A DNA stretch of 64,000 nt from a virus (IMGVR_UViG_3300045988_076504:1-64000); one strand, 5' to 3'; shown: positions 25,497-37,276, counted from the first letter of the stretch. Numbers and translations are program-made. Notes: generated by a model not told the origin, from the sequence alone.

Positions 25497-27020
25497 ATGA
25501 ATACACTTTTAAATAATCTTCAGCTTTACAGAGGTCGTAAATTCTCTGATTTGGTTGATGAGAACATGATTTCAAACGCACTTCTTACAAGACCTCACGA
25601 GATTAGCGGTCTGCTTTCTTTGGTATTTGGTACTAAGGATGACGGCGTATCTACAGCTATTGATATGATCACCGGTGGTCTTGGTAAGACTATGACTATT
25701 GAGAACCGCGAGTATGAGTGGTCTGTAATGGTTGATCAGGAAAAGGCTGTAAATATTCGTTGGGCGAAGGCTGACGGTTCGGAGATTACTTCTACAGCAA
25801 TCGAAAATGGAGTTACTCCAGGTTTGAATGGAGCTCCTATCTATCTCGGTTTGGAAGAGAAAGCCTTCGGTCCTGGTGCAGTACTTGCATTTGATAATGT
25901 AAACTATCAGGTACGTGTAAACGGTGTACCTTATCAGGATGGTTCTACATGGGTATATGAGTGCTATGTAGCAGACGGTTTTGCTGGAGCATATATTCCA
26001 GGTGAGTTCCTTCTTCCTGGTCGTCAGGTAAGCCGCATCGGTTCAGCATACGAGGAGTACAGTGATGAGGCAGATATCATTAGCTATCAGACTCCGTTCA
26101 AGATGCGTAACAACCTTACAACTCTTCGTCTTTCTTATGATATTACAGGCGATGCATATTCTACAGTACTCGCTATTGCATTGAAGGATCCTGAAACAGG
26201 TAAGACATCTTATTTGTGGTCTGATTATCAGTATTGGTTGGCTCTCCGTGAGTGGAAGCGTCGTGAGGAGAAGTTCCTTCTGTTCTCTCGTTCTAACCGC
26301 AATGCTGATGGTACATATGCTCTTAAAGGAAAAAATGGAAGACCCGTGCCAATTTCTGCTGGTTTGTTCGAGCAGGTTAGCCCAGCTAATGTTCGTTATT
26401 ATACACATTTGACAACAGAACTGCTTGAGGATTATCTGTTCGATCTGTGCTACAATATTCTTGGTACACAGGAGCGCAAGTTTATCGCTCTGACAGGAGA
26501 AATGGGTATCCGTGAATTCGACCGTGTACTCCGTGAGAAGGCAGCTGGATTCCAGCTTATCGATACTAAGTTCATCACAGGTTCTGGTCAGGAGTTGACA
26601 CTTGGTGGTCAGTTTACTACATACAAGATGACTAACGGTATTGAGCTTACAGTTAAGCGTTGCGCATTGTTTGACAACATGGAGATGTTCCGTCAGTTGC
26701 ACCCGATTACTGGTAAACCATTGATGTCATATACATTCTTGTTTGTTGATCTTGGTCAGCGTGATGGTCAGGCAAATGTAGTTAAGGTTTGTCGTAAGGG
26801 TCGTGAGTTTGTACAGTGGTGTACAGCAGGTTCTGTAACACCTTCTGGATACAGCAACAGCATTAACACAGTACGTTCTAACAGCCGTGATGGTTATCAG
26901 GTACACTTCCTTGGTGAGGAGGGTATAATGCTTCGTAACCCGCTGTCTTGTGGTATTCTGTATTGTGATGCTGAAGACACAGACATTCTGAACGATGGTA
27001 ACTACAACGTAGCTGCCTAA
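25497..27020 (+). CDS. major capsid protein (by size, position and codon bias)
   Basis: 507-aa uninterrupted ORF, visibly GC-richer with biased codons, no TAG, TAA stop. It is preceded by the scaffold-like gene and followed by a hairpin. Confidence 0.7.
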   Translation: MNTLLNNLQLYRGRKFSDLVDENMISNALLTRPHEISGLLSLVFGTKDDGVSTAIDMITGGLGKTMTIENREYEWSVMVDQEKAVNIRWAKADGSEITSTAIENGVTPGLNGAPIYLGLEEKAFGPGAVLAFDNVNYQVRVNGVPYQDGSTWVYECYVADGFAGAYIPGEFLLPGRQVSRIGSAYEEYSDEADIISYQTPFKMRNNLTTLRLSYDITGDAYSTVLAIALKDPETGKTSYLWSDYQYWLALREWKRREEKFLLFSRSNRNADGTYALKGKNGRPVPISAGLFEQVSPANVRYYTHLTTELLEDYLFDLCYNILGTQERKFIALTGEMGIREFDRVLREKAAGFQLIDTKFITGSGQELTLGGQFTTYKMTNGIELTVKRCALFDNMEMFRQLHPITGKPLMSYTFLFVDLGQRDGQANVVKVCRKGREFVQWCTAGSVTPSGYSNSINTVRSNSRDGYQVHFLGEEGIMLRNPLSCGILYCDAEDTDILNDGNYNVAA

Positions 27021-27046
27021 AACAATATATAATAATTAACGATCGA

Positions 27047-27066
27047 GTTGGGGTTTATTCCCCAAC
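27047..27066 (+). terminator. hairpin after the MCP gene (weak terminator candidate)
   Basis: GTTGGGG-TTTATT-CCCCAAC, with no clear T-tract. Confidence 0.35.
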
Positions 27067-27097
27067 GACCGACGTTACAACATACTAATTTTAAATT

Positions 27098-27850
27098 ATG
27101 GTAGTTGAATTAAAAATAATGAAGAAAAATCCCTGGGCGGGTCTTATAAAATACAAAGCATGTTTCGATTACATTGCTCCCTACCTTACTCGTTCCGGGT
27201 CGATATATACGGGTCTCACCCCAGAAGATGAGAAACACTATGAGAAAGTATTAGGTCTTGCAGAAGGAACTCTTGCTAAGAATAGTCCTTACTGGGATAA
27301 CTTTGTAGTAAAGATAGGTTCCAGACCTTTGTTACTTGATGATACATATCCAAGACAAGAAATGATTATCAAGTTCCTTACAGGGCATAAGCGTGTTGCT
27401 ACATCTCTTGATAAACTTGCAGCTAGCAAGGATTATCTCTTAATCAATAAGCAGGCAGAAGCTATTGAGCAGAATAAGATCAATAAGCTACGTAGAGATG
27501 CTATCAAAGAGTTCGACAAACTGTCTTTGGATCAGATGCGCAAGTGTTTGCGTTTGTTTGGTCTTAAGTCAGACAACCTATCAAACGAGCTTGTCGAATC
27601 TACATTGTTCGGTCTTATTGATAAGAACCCTAAGAAGTTCTTTGATATTTGGGTAAACAATAAGTCAAAGGAGACTGAGTTCTTGCTCGAAACGGCTATC
27701 GCTAAGGGTATTATCCGCAAAGATAAGACACATTATTATTATGGTAGTGAGTTGTTTGCAGATTCTAAGCAGGACGCTGTTGCTTATCTTGATGCAAAGA
27801 AAAATCAAGACCTTAAACTTTCAATTATAAACCAAGTAGAAAGTAAATAA
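27098..27850 (+). CDS. structural-module hypothetical protein
   Basis: 250-aa uninterrupted ORF with a TAA stop. Confidence 0.7.
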   Translation: MVVELKIMKKNPWAGLIKYKACFDYIAPYLTRSGSIYTGLTPEDEKHYEKVLGLAEGTLAKNSPYWDNFVVKIGSRPLLLDDTYPRQEMIIKFLTGHKRVATSLDKLAASKDYLLINKQAEAIEQNKINKLRRDAIKEFDKLSLDQMRKCLRLFGLKSDNLSNELVESTLFGLIDKNPKKFFDIWVNNKSKETEFLLETAIAKGIIRKDKTHYYYGSELFADSKQDAVAYLDAKKNQDLKLSIINQVESK

Positions 27851-27867
27851 TTAAAATTATACGACGT

Positions 27868-28569
27868 ATGACGCATAGTGATATTAAAATAAAATTTTTG
27901 ATTGAATATGACAAGATGACCACTACATCGTCATATCCGTCGCTTACTGATTATGAAATAGCTACAGTTCTCGATAAAGCGTATAATGCGGTAATCGCAA
28001 ACAAACTTACAGGTAATAATCCAAGAAGAGTTGCTTTTGAAGGAGATATAAAAGCTATTGAAGACATCAGACCGTTAATAGTAACAAAAAACATTGAGAA
28101 AGCTGATTTCAATGGTAAAAATAAAATGGCATATAATCTGGATACGATGAGCAATGATCAAGATGTTCGTCTTATGTATTATCTACAATCTTGTGTAAAT
28201 ATAAAAGGTAATAAAGTCAATACATACCTCATAAGTCATCAAGACGCACAACGATTTGAAGAAACCGATACTAATAAGCCGTGGATATCAACTCCTGTGC
28301 TATATCTAGAAAATCATTTTATATATTTACTGTTTGACAGTTTTAAATACAATTACAACGATGTTAACGATCTCGAATGTACATTTATAAAAAAGCCAAA
28401 ACCATTTGTATTGCCTGGGTTACAATGTGATTTTGAAGATACTACGTACTTTGAATTAAATGATAATGTGGCCCAAGAAATTATCAATATGGCTATTATA
28501 ATGTCTGCAGAGATTGTAGAATCTCAAAGACTTTCTACAAAAACATCTATAAATAGTTTTGAGTCATGA
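27868..28569 (+). CDS. structural-module hypothetical protein
   Basis: 233-aa uninterrupted ORF with an ATGA overlap to the next gene. Confidence 0.7.
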   Translation: MTHSDIKIKFLIEYDKMTTTSSYPSLTDYEIATVLDKAYNAVIANKLTGNNPRRVAFEGDIKAIEDIRPLIVTKNIEKADFNGKNKMAYNLDTMSNDQDVRLMYYLQSCVNIKGNKVNTYLISHQDAQRFEETDTNKPWISTPVLYLENHFIYLLFDSFKYNYNDVNDLECTFIKKPKPFVLPGLQCDFEDTTYFELNDNVAQEIINMAIIMSAEIVESQRLSTKTSINSFES

Positions 28570-29342
28570 CAACAGAACAAACCAGACAATTAGGTATCGA
28601 GTTTGAAAGAAGGATTAATGAAATATATCCGGAGTTTCAACTAAAAGAGAAATTAGATACCGATACAATATATTCATTTTTAAGTGAATATGCTGCACAA
28701 TATGTTGATGGGCTCATAATTGCTTTAGGTACTTCACAAGAGAGTAATTCTGCAACGTCAAAAATAAATGATGTTTTAAGAACTCTTGTTCGTCGTGTAG
28801 TGATAAATAAATCCGACATCACTCTTGATGACATGTCAGCAGGCGTTGAAAATCAATATGTGTTGTTCAAAAAACCAATTGATTATTACAGATATTTAAG
28901 ATCTTCAAGTATTGTAAACAAATATCGAGGATCTTCTGTAAAGAATAACGTAATACAGAATCAACTTATACGTTAGCAAGATGCGCTAAATGTAACACAG
29001 TCATTCTTCAATTCGGGCTGTATTATTAGATTCCCGTTAGTAGTATGGGAAACAACAAATGATGGTACAGAACTTATTAAGGTACTGCATGATCAATATA
29101 CGTCAATATCTAAATTAAATCTTACATATTATAAACAAATAAACAGATTTAATGTTATTAATTATAATGATGAAGATAATTCTGAAAAAGCTGTACATAG
29201 TTATTGTGACTTACCTTTTTCAGCATTCGACGATATTGTAGAAGGTGCTGTATAGATGTATATAAGTAAATATAAATTCCTACTGTTAGGGGGTAATAAG
29301 TCCAAACAACAAAATAAACAAACACAACAGGATGAACAATGA
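28566..29342 (+). CDS. structural-module hypothetical protein, TAG-recoded
   Basis: The frame continues through TAGs at 28974 and 29253 to TGA 29340-29342. Confidence 0.65.
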
Positions 29343-30034
29343 CACCGTATTAGATATTAACTTCATTTGAAACAGAGATAGGTAAGATTAACGATTCTGT
29401 TAATAAGCCGCTAACTACGGATTCATTGTATTGGATCAACCAAGCTGTTGCAAAGTTTGTTAAGCTTCGTTTTAATGGCGATTTTGTACACAAGACGGGA
29501 TTTGAACAAACCGAAAAACGTAGGGAGGATTTGATAAATTTGTTTAAAGAGTGTTCTTACTTTACTCAAGATTTTAGTAAAGATTTAAAGGAACCAAATT
29601 ATGATTCATATGCTGTATCATATCCGAATGACTTTTTATATATTCTTAATGAGGATGTTGTTATTTCAGATAATGACGACGAATATAAAACAAACACACA
29701 TGTGTTTGAATGCACACGTGATAGTTACATGCATAGAATAAATAATTCTCTTACAGATTTTCATTATATTAGACATAAAGCAAGACCTTTGAGAATAAGA
29801 ACAGAGAAAGGTTGTGAGCTATTAACAGATAAAAATTATAAGATTTATTCTTATACTATAGGTTATTTAAGAAAACCTAATATAATAACGTTAGATGATC
29901 CGTCACTTGAGTATGCGGATTTTAACGATAATGTAATGTACGAAGTAATTAAGATTGCAGCTCAAATGTATGTTGAGAATACGCAAGACAAACGTTATGA
30001 AACCATTACAAATGAAGTAAATACTCAAGAATAA
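29339..30034 (+). CDS. structural-module hypothetical protein, TAG-recoded
   Basis: ATG 29339 overlaps the upstream TGA. There is a TAG at codon 5, the frame joins ORF 29426-30034, and the stop is TAA. Confidence 0.65.
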
Positions 30035-30112
30035 TTTTAACGTGGAAACCTCAGCTAGTTAGGTCTAGTATTATTAAATAGAGGGAGTAGAAAAAATTAA
30101 ATATTTTAAATT

Positions 30113-31159
30113 ATGATTACATATGTAAATACAGTACTTGTAGGTACTGGTTCCGAACTGGCTGCTACTGCTCCAGTTGCACAGATTGAGAAGAATGCAC
30201 CTAACGCAGATGCTGGTAAGTTTATTGTAATGAGTATGGATAATGTTGATAATCCATACAGCACTGAGAATACAGCAAAGGCTAAGAAGTTCCGTATAGG
30301 TTTTATTACCAGTAAGAACACAGCAATTCGTACAAAGGATGGCGATGTTAAGTATGTACCTGTAATTAAGTGGACAAACACAATTAAGCGTGATGATATT
30401 ACATCAACAGTTAAGCAGGCACACTTTAACAGTACTCCTGACACAATTACTATTGACTTTAGTAATGTTGATTCTGCAGTTATGACAGAGTTTAGGAAGG
30501 GTGAGCGTCGTATCGTAGTACGTCTTACATTTAAGGATCTACCTACTCGTTATCGTAAATGGACAGAGTCTTATGAGTACGTAACAAAGCCAGAGGATAC
30601 TGCCGATACTATTGCAGAGGCTATTAAGAAGCAGATTAACGTTCAGTATAAGAGAGCTCGTGTTTACGCTACTGCTGCAGCTGGTGTTGTAACACTTACG
30701 GCTATGGATTATGATGATGATAATGTAAATGATAGTTTGAACTGGGCTAATAAGGTACGTTTCAGTGCAAATGTATATTACACAGATCCTACAGCTCCTG
30801 CATTCGCTTCTAAGAACAAGTATTCTATCACAGGTCTCAAGATCGAGAAGACTCCTGGTAAATGGTGCACAACTGATGCTAAGCTTGTACGTGATCGTGA
30901 AGCACAGGCTATGGGTTATCAGGGTATCCTGAACCGTGGTGAGGGTACATGGCCAGTTATCAAGCCAGATATGGTTACAGACATCACTAAGAAATACGAC
31001 GGTCTTACAATCATGTTCGAGAATCACTATCATGCTGCTGACGATCAGATTCGTCGTACAAAGGAGTGTGTTGAGATTTACGATATAGCTGGATCTAGCA
31101 AGATTGGTGATATTTTGACAAATCTCGGACTTACAGCAACAGACGAAGGTATTGCCTAA
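30113..31159 (+). CDS. abundant virion protein (auxiliary capsid-like; function unverified)
   Basis: 348-aa uninterrupted, TAG-free ORF with MCP-like codon bias, followed by a strong terminator. Confidence 0.75.
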   Translation: MITYVNTVLVGTGSELAATAPVAQIEKNAPNADAGKFIVMSMDNVDNPYSTENTAKAKKFRIGFITSKNTAIRTKDGDVKYVPVIKWTNTIKRDDITSTVKQAHFNSTPDTITIDFSNVDSAVMTEFRKGERRIVVRLTFKDLPTRYRKWTESYEYVTKPEDTADTIAEAIKKQINVQYKRARVYATAAAGVVTLTAMDYDDDNVNDSLNWANKVRFSANVYYTDPTAPAFASKNKYSITGLKIEKTPGKWCTTDAKLVRDREAQAMGYQGILNRGEGTWPVIKPDMVTDITKKYDGLTIMFENHYHAADDQIRRTKECVEIYDIAGSSKIGDILTNLGLTATDEGIA

Positions 31160-31179
31160 TTATTAACTTACATTACTTG

Positions 31180-31202
31180 GGACTCTTTTTAGAGTCCTTT
31201 TT
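31180..31202 (+). terminator. rho-independent terminator
   Basis: GGACTCT-TTTT-AGAGTCC followed by TTTTT. Confidence 0.7.
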
Positions 31203-31223
31203 AATGTTCTAATACACACTATT

Positions 31224-32114
31224 ATGAGAATAATAAGAACAGGAAACGACATTAAAGTTATATTTACAATTAAGGGTCCTGCCTCTACAGACACTGTTAA
31301 TATGAAACAGCTACGTGTGTATTTTGTAAATAAGTCTTCTGATAAATGTCATTTTGTTAAAAGATTTCCAAAAGAACCGTTTCCTCAATTCTATGAGCCA
31401 TCTAAATATACGGTACACGGATGTGGTAGATTTGGATACAATGTAAGACCGAGCTACAACAAATGCGAATATGCAGTATGTTCAGAAGGATTTCATGATT
31501 ATCACATCTGGCCAAGTTATAATGGATTCGGAATAATACCTGAGAAGTTTCATGATTGTTGTCATAAACCAGAACCTGAAGAGTTTATAGCTCCGTTTGT
31601 TCTTGAAGAGGGATCTAATGATGTATCTGCATATTTTCCAGCATGTTAGCAGAAAAATGGCATTTATAGAATGATTGTAGTTATGACCGCATATGAATCA
31701 GGTTGGGGAAAATGTAATCTTCATACGTATACTATCGATTATGGTGATATTTTCGAGTTGACTTGTAAGGAAACTGGAGAACAAGGAAACATAGTGATAG
31801 ATTTACGTGATGTTGAACCCACACCGCCATCTGGACAAGATGATCATTATATAGGATTTTCAAGTGTGGAAAATGCCGACGATGTGAATATCGCACAATT
31901 GACAAAAGTAAACACACTCAAGAAAGATTTCCTAATATCCAACAGTACTGGAAATTGGGCATATCTTTGGATCGTAAGTAAAACACCTATCAACAAGCTT
32001 ACAATATCCGGACAAGATCAACCAATAAAACAACTGTCCAGATCTGATTACAAATACTGTTATAGATCGTATTAGAAATTAGATCAGACATCATTTAAAT
32101 TCACAATATCATGA
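31224..32114 (+). CDS. Cys/His-rich structural hypothetical protein, TAG-recoded
   Basis: Pieces 31224-31649 and 31671-32075 share a frame across TAGs. It ends at TGA 32112-32114. Confidence 0.65.
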
Positions 32115-32332
32115 AATACTTAGAAGACGATATAAAATTCTTTTCGAGAGTTGTCTCAGGTTCACAAGACGGAGTAATTGCAAGCGCGGAACAGATAAAG
32201 GATTACGATTGGAAAGGCGGAGAATTTTAGAATAATATAAATAGCTAGCTGTATTAGGAGATTGCAAAATTAAAAGAACTTGGTTTTGATATGACCCCTA
32301 TAACAGAACAAGAAATATTAGAAGGATTATGA
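32111..32332 (+). CDS. 73-aa protein with a tail-fibre-type N-terminal motif, TAG-recoded
   Basis: MKYLEDDIKFF... with three in-frame TAGs and ATGA-type overlaps at both ends. Confidence 0.5.
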
Positions 32333-33426
32333 AATTTTTAGATTTAAACGGTTTAAATACCCTTAAAAGTTATATAAAGAATACCTACGCTAAAAAGCCA
32401 ACAATTATAACGCTGTCACAAATCGATACTTGTGGATATGAAAGTGCTTGGGATCTTGCTCAAGCTGCTAAAAATTCAGAAACAGGTTTAGTGTTCTATG
32501 TTAGCGATATGTATTCTACACTTTATGTATTTGGTGAAAATCCTATACATGGCTGTGTACAAGTACTAGTTGGCAATTGTGTGATGGACACAAGCGATTC
32601 CTCTATCAGTGTAGCACACAAAGATGGAATTTCTGCAACATATGTCAGAACATATCTTCACAAACCTGCCGCAATATATAATAAAGATGCAGGTTTTGAT
32701 AGTACAACACAAGAATGGTCAGCGTGGATCATTAGAGAAACAAACGTTGCTACGAAAACCGGAACTGTCGCTAATAATATTAACGCAATTAAACAATCTC
32801 TTGGTGATTTGTTATCGGTCGGTGTTGGAACAAATGTTGACAAAAATAAGCTTACACTCGGCTCGATGTATACAGGAGGCCTTTTAAAAGCACCCGGTAC
32901 ATTAATCGATAAAGAAATTCCAGAAGCAAGTCAGACATGTAACGGTCTGATGTCAGTTGCTGATAAAATCAAACTTGACGGTTTGAGTGATGGTGGTAGC
33001 AGCACTGTAACAGATCCTACAAGCGTTGCAAAGATTGTAAGGTTTGACAGTGTTGTTACAGGAGATGTTACTATCGCAGCAGGATCTATAACAAGCGATA
33101 ATTGTGTTTTAGTATATCTTAAAGATAAGAACATATTTGCAATAAAAGATTAGGATAACGATACATATTATAATAACGGAGGTATTATCTTAAACGACAA
33201 TCCTGGAGTATGGGTATCGTCAGATAATTTCTCAGGACTTATTCCAAATTTTGAAGCAGGGTATAAAGCGATTCCGAATGCTATTTATGTCGACAAAGAT
33301 TATAAAATGTATGTTGGCGGTGTTATAAATAATTTGAAAGGTGGTGGTAAGTTCTGCCAGGCACTTAACGTAATAAACGTAATGAACATCCCAATAGATG
33401 AAATAAATACAACAGAAACTGAATAA
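32329..33426 (+). CDS. tail fibre / receptor-binding protein paralogue 1, TAG-recoded
   Basis: The N-terminus is MKFLDLNGLNTLKSYIKNTY. It contains NGLMSVADKIKLDGL. It continues through the TAG at 33151 to TAA 33424-33426. Confidence 0.65.
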
Positions 33427-33439
33427 TTAAAGATTAAAT

Positions 33440-34276
33440 ATGGCAAAATATTTAGATAGTGCTGGTCTTAGCACACTTGTGGGACAAATAAAAGAAAAAT
33501 ATTATCCAAAGACCAGCGGAAATAGTGATAGAAGTGATATTAATGCAATACTTAACGGGGATAAACCATTAGTTGCTCCACAACTTGTTACAAACGGATG
33601 GACTGTCACTAAGGTTGGCGGAAGTGCAGATACTACAGCTTATTCTGGAACTACCATTACTGTACCAACAGGATCATCAGTACAATATACAGGTACTTGG
33701 AAATGGACAACAACTGTAGGATATAAAGACCCTGAAACTGTCAGTGGTGCGTGGGGTTCTACTAAACCAGCATCCGGTACTGCAAGTAGTGTGTGTGCAG
33801 TACAAAGTAAAACTTCAACCACAGTAACTGATGCAACTATAGCACAAGTAACATTGACTGCTGCAAAAAAAGGATTGATGTTAAGCGGTCAGAAAGTAGT
33901 AAAAGCAAGTGGTAATGATAACACAAGTGCTTCTGCGATAGTTAAGTTTAGAGAGTGTGTTTATTGTGGAGCTGTTACATCTGCAACGCCTGATGGCAGT
34001 ACAATTGCAGCATTGGCAAATCCATTGTTGTTGGGTTCAAGACAAGCAACTATCACAGCAAATACAGATTCAAGCCACTACTATTGTTATGCATATCCAA
34101 CAAGTTTCGGCGAGCTTATTTCAATCATAGCAGATGGCGCAGATCCTATTAAAGATAACTTCAGAGCTGTGCAAACAGTAAATGTGAAAAACAAAGCAGG
34201 ACTTACAAAAGACTATTATGTATATGTAAGTGTTAATAAGGGTGCGTTTTCAAACAACTCACTCGCATTTAGATAA
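33440..34276 (+). CDS. tail fibre / receptor-binding protein paralogue 2
   Basis: The N-terminus is MAKYLDSAGLSTLVGQIKEKYY. 278 aa, TAG-free, Ser/Thr/Gly-rich. Confidence 0.7.
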   Translation: MAKYLDSAGLSTLVGQIKEKYYPKTSGNSDRSDINAILNGDKPLVAPQLVTNGWTVTKVGGSADTTAYSGTTITVPTGSSVQYTGTWKWTTTVGYKDPETVSGAWGSTKPASGTASSVCAVQSKTSTTVTDATIAQVTLTAAKKGLMLSGQKVVKASGNDNTSASAIVKFRECVYCGAVTSATPDGSTIAALANPLLLGSRQATITANTDSSHYYCYAYPTSFGELISIIADGADPIKDNFRAVQTVNVKNKAGLTKDYYVYVSVNKGAFSNNSLAFR

Positions 34277-34290
34277 TTGGAGGATTAAAT

Positions 34291-36339
34291 ATGGCAAAAT
34301 TAGGACAAATTAAATCCGGAACAATGCGAGTTGGTAATACCACCGCATCCGGTTATGGTATTGTATATGCAGATGAGATTATAGGTCACAGAAGAGTAAA
34401 CACGTATGCTGACTTAGCAAATATTCCAGATTGGTCTTTGTATAATAAAGCAGGAGGTGAAACAACGTCTGCGGCTATAGGACAGTTATGGTATGTTACT
34501 ACTGGAGACACTTCTGGTCATTCTGCCGGTTTGTATCAGCTTACAGCTTGGTCAAACAATATAAAAACTTGGACGTTCTTTAAAAATGGAGCAAATGCAT
34601 CCAATACAACCTATACATTTGCAAATGGATCGAACGGTACGTTCACTGTAACGCCATCTGGAGGTTCTGCTCAAACGGTATCTATTGGTAAACCATCTAC
34701 TGCTGGAACAGCGGATCATGCAAAAACCGCAGATTCTGCTACAAAGGCTAATAGCGCTACATCAGCAACAAATGCTGGTCATGCTGCTAGCGCTGATAGT
34801 GCTACTAGTGCTACAAAAGCTACAAATGATGCAAACGGTAACAATATTGCAGGTACATATTTGACAAAAAATACAGCTTCTACTACATACGCAACAAAAA
34901 GCGAAATTTCAGCTCTTACATCTGCTTTGGTATATAGAGGTACTGTTGATGCTAAATACGCACTCCCTACAAAAAATGTAAAAATTGGAGATGTATATGT
35001 AGTTGCTGCAACTGGTACGTTTGCCGGTCAGACATGTGAACCTGGAGATATGATTATAGCTCAAACTGCAAGCAATGCTGAAGGTACACCAGCACCTACA
35101 TGGACTGTAGTGCAGACTAACATCAACGGTGCTGTAACGACTACTGAAAATCTTACTGCAAGCAGGTTGGTTGTTGGTAATAGTAATAAAAGTATAAGAG
35201 TTGCAACTGGTTCAGGTCTTGTTAAATTGACAGAAGGTGTTGTTAGTTACGATAACAATACATATTTAACAACAAGTAGTGCATCTAATACTTATGCTAC
35301 AAAAACTGCTCTTGATGGTAAAGTTGATAAGGTATCTGGTAAAGGATTAAGTACAAATGATTTTACTACTGCCGATAAAACTAAACTCGATGATCTTGGA
35401 TTGTCTGGGAATTCTTTTAATGATACATCTACTAATACTAAAGGTTTAACACTCAACTTAGTTGGTACCGACAGCAGTTACAATATACCAATTGTTAAAC
35501 CAAGCACTGATGCTTCGACTTACGGTCTTATGAGTGGTACTGACAAGAAGAAACTTGACAACATCGCAGAAGGTGCTAATAAGTATAGTCTTCCAACTGC
35601 CGCTAACGGTACACTTGGTGGTATCGCACTTGGATATGCAGAAACAGGTAGAAATTATGCTGTAAAATTAGACAGTAATAAAGCTTATGTTCATGTACCT
35701 TGGACAGATACTAATACTACTTATCCTTTAGCTTCTACATCCGCTAATGGTTTGATGTCTAGTACAGACAAAAACAAATTAAATGCTATACAAACTCCAG
35801 CAACTATAACAACATCATAGTTAGATTTGTGTGGGTATACCAATGCTGAATCTCTAGTTAACGCTGTAGCTAACCAAAAAGACGGGCTTTCTTATTTCGT
35901 AACCGATCAGAACGCAATTGTAACATTGCAAACAGACAACGGAAAGCATGCTATAATCCAAACGATAAGAACAGCTACTGAATTAAATGATTTGTGGGAA
36001 TTTGCCACAGGCACAACGTCGTCTCATACAGATGGAGTTCTTTTTACATACTAGAGATTCTATCCAATAGGTGGAACTTACTCTACTGATACCCGCAATA
36101 AGTGGACAAAGTGGGCTATAATAGACGTAGATACAATGTACACTACAAACAGGTCAAATATGAATAGTGTTTACAAATAGCTGGGTAAACAACTACTTAG
36201 TAATTTGAGCGTGGATACGAATGGAAAAATCACATTCAGTTCTACTTATTCCGGAACAAGTACAGCAGGAATCAAATCACAATCTAAAGATATATTAACA
36301 CCTATACTAAAATCGGAAATTACTACATTATTTAATTGA
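34291..36339 (+). CDS. long tail fibre protein paralogue 3, TAG-recoded
   Basis: 682 codons. It has a TAxSA/TSAT low-complexity stalk and repeated G(L)(M/S)S..DK.KLD boxes (GKGLSTNDFTTADKTKLDDL, YGLMSGTDKKKLDNI, NGLMSSTDKNKLNAI). TAGs lie at 35818, 36052 and 36178. It ends at TGA 36337-36339. Confidence 0.7.
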
Positions 36340-36345
36340 TAAAAT

Positions 36346-36993
36346 ATGGCACAATATTTAGATTTAAACGGATTGCGTACGGTTGTAGACAATATAAAAA
36401 ACATTAAATCCCCTGTTTGTTTACCTACTTACGATAGGCGTTCCTCCTTATCATCCACAGCAACTGTGAAAAATGAAACTGCCTCCTCATATACACTTAT
36501 TATGTATGATACGAGGAGCTTGAGGTTTTTAGCATTGTCGAATGGAGCATTTTACACCAGGTGGGATTCTAATTCGAAACATTTGAGTTACGATTGTTAT
36601 GGAACACCATTGGACACTGGTGTACAACCTAAATTTGGATATTTATATGCAAATGTATTTGATAATACATTATAGTTAGGTGGAACAAATGGACAACTTA
36701 AAAATGTGGCAAATTATACAGCCCCAACAACATGGACTACTGTAACAACGTCTCCTATAAGTGGTGGGGATACAATTACAAAAATGGAAAAAAGCGATAC
36801 TGGAAATGGTACATATTTGTGGAGAATAACTGTAAAAAATCCAAATGCGGACGCTTGTGACTTTCTCGTATAGGATGCTGCCGGCAATAATTTCATACAG
36901 TATGGTATATATTTAGAAGGTAAGCAGTCTGGTACGTTTACAATAGAATTACCAAAAACAACTCCAAATGACCGTTTTTACGTCACAACATAA
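36346..36993 (+). CDS. tail fibre-associated protein paralogue 4, TAG-recoded
   Basis: The N-terminus is MAQYLDLNGLRTVVDNIKNIK. TAGs lie at 36673 and 36871. It ends at TAA 36991-36993. Confidence 0.6.
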
Positions 36994-37050
36994 TATATTT
37001 TAACATATTTTATCAAAAAATTGTACATTGATGCAACCATAAACGCATAA

Positions 37051-37140
37051 ATTTCCGTTATGGAAATATCAGCGGTAGCACTTAGCTACCAGATTTATAG
37101 GTGTGCGAACACCTGTAAATCCCTATAACTTGCAAGTTAT
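37051..37140 (+). other. cluster of four consecutive hairpins in the largest late-module intergenic gap
   Basis: ATTTCC-gttat-GGAAAT (37051-37067). GGTAGC-actta-GCTACC (37074-37090). AGGTGT-gcga-ACACCT (37099-37114). A 16-nt perfect palindrome ATAACTTGCAAGTTAT (37125-37140) followed by TTTAT. Confidence 0.6.
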
Positions 37141-37276
37141 TTTATGAAGGTTCATAGCCATTTTTTAATTAATCCTTTTATTTCTTTTAACTACGGAAGA
37201 TAAAATAACTGAGAAGGTTTATTGTTACGATCATCCGAGCGCATACAATAACCACGACGCTCTTGCTATAGCAGCT

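Noticed and set aside
26043-26702. Antisense ORFs inside long genes (26043-26702, 22839-23297, 30539-31033, 52140-52556, 39140-39472, 15510-15845 and others).
   Set aside because: These are shadow ORFs opposite strongly coding frames. Their composition is low-complexity or Cys/Leu-rich, and they have no independent start context.
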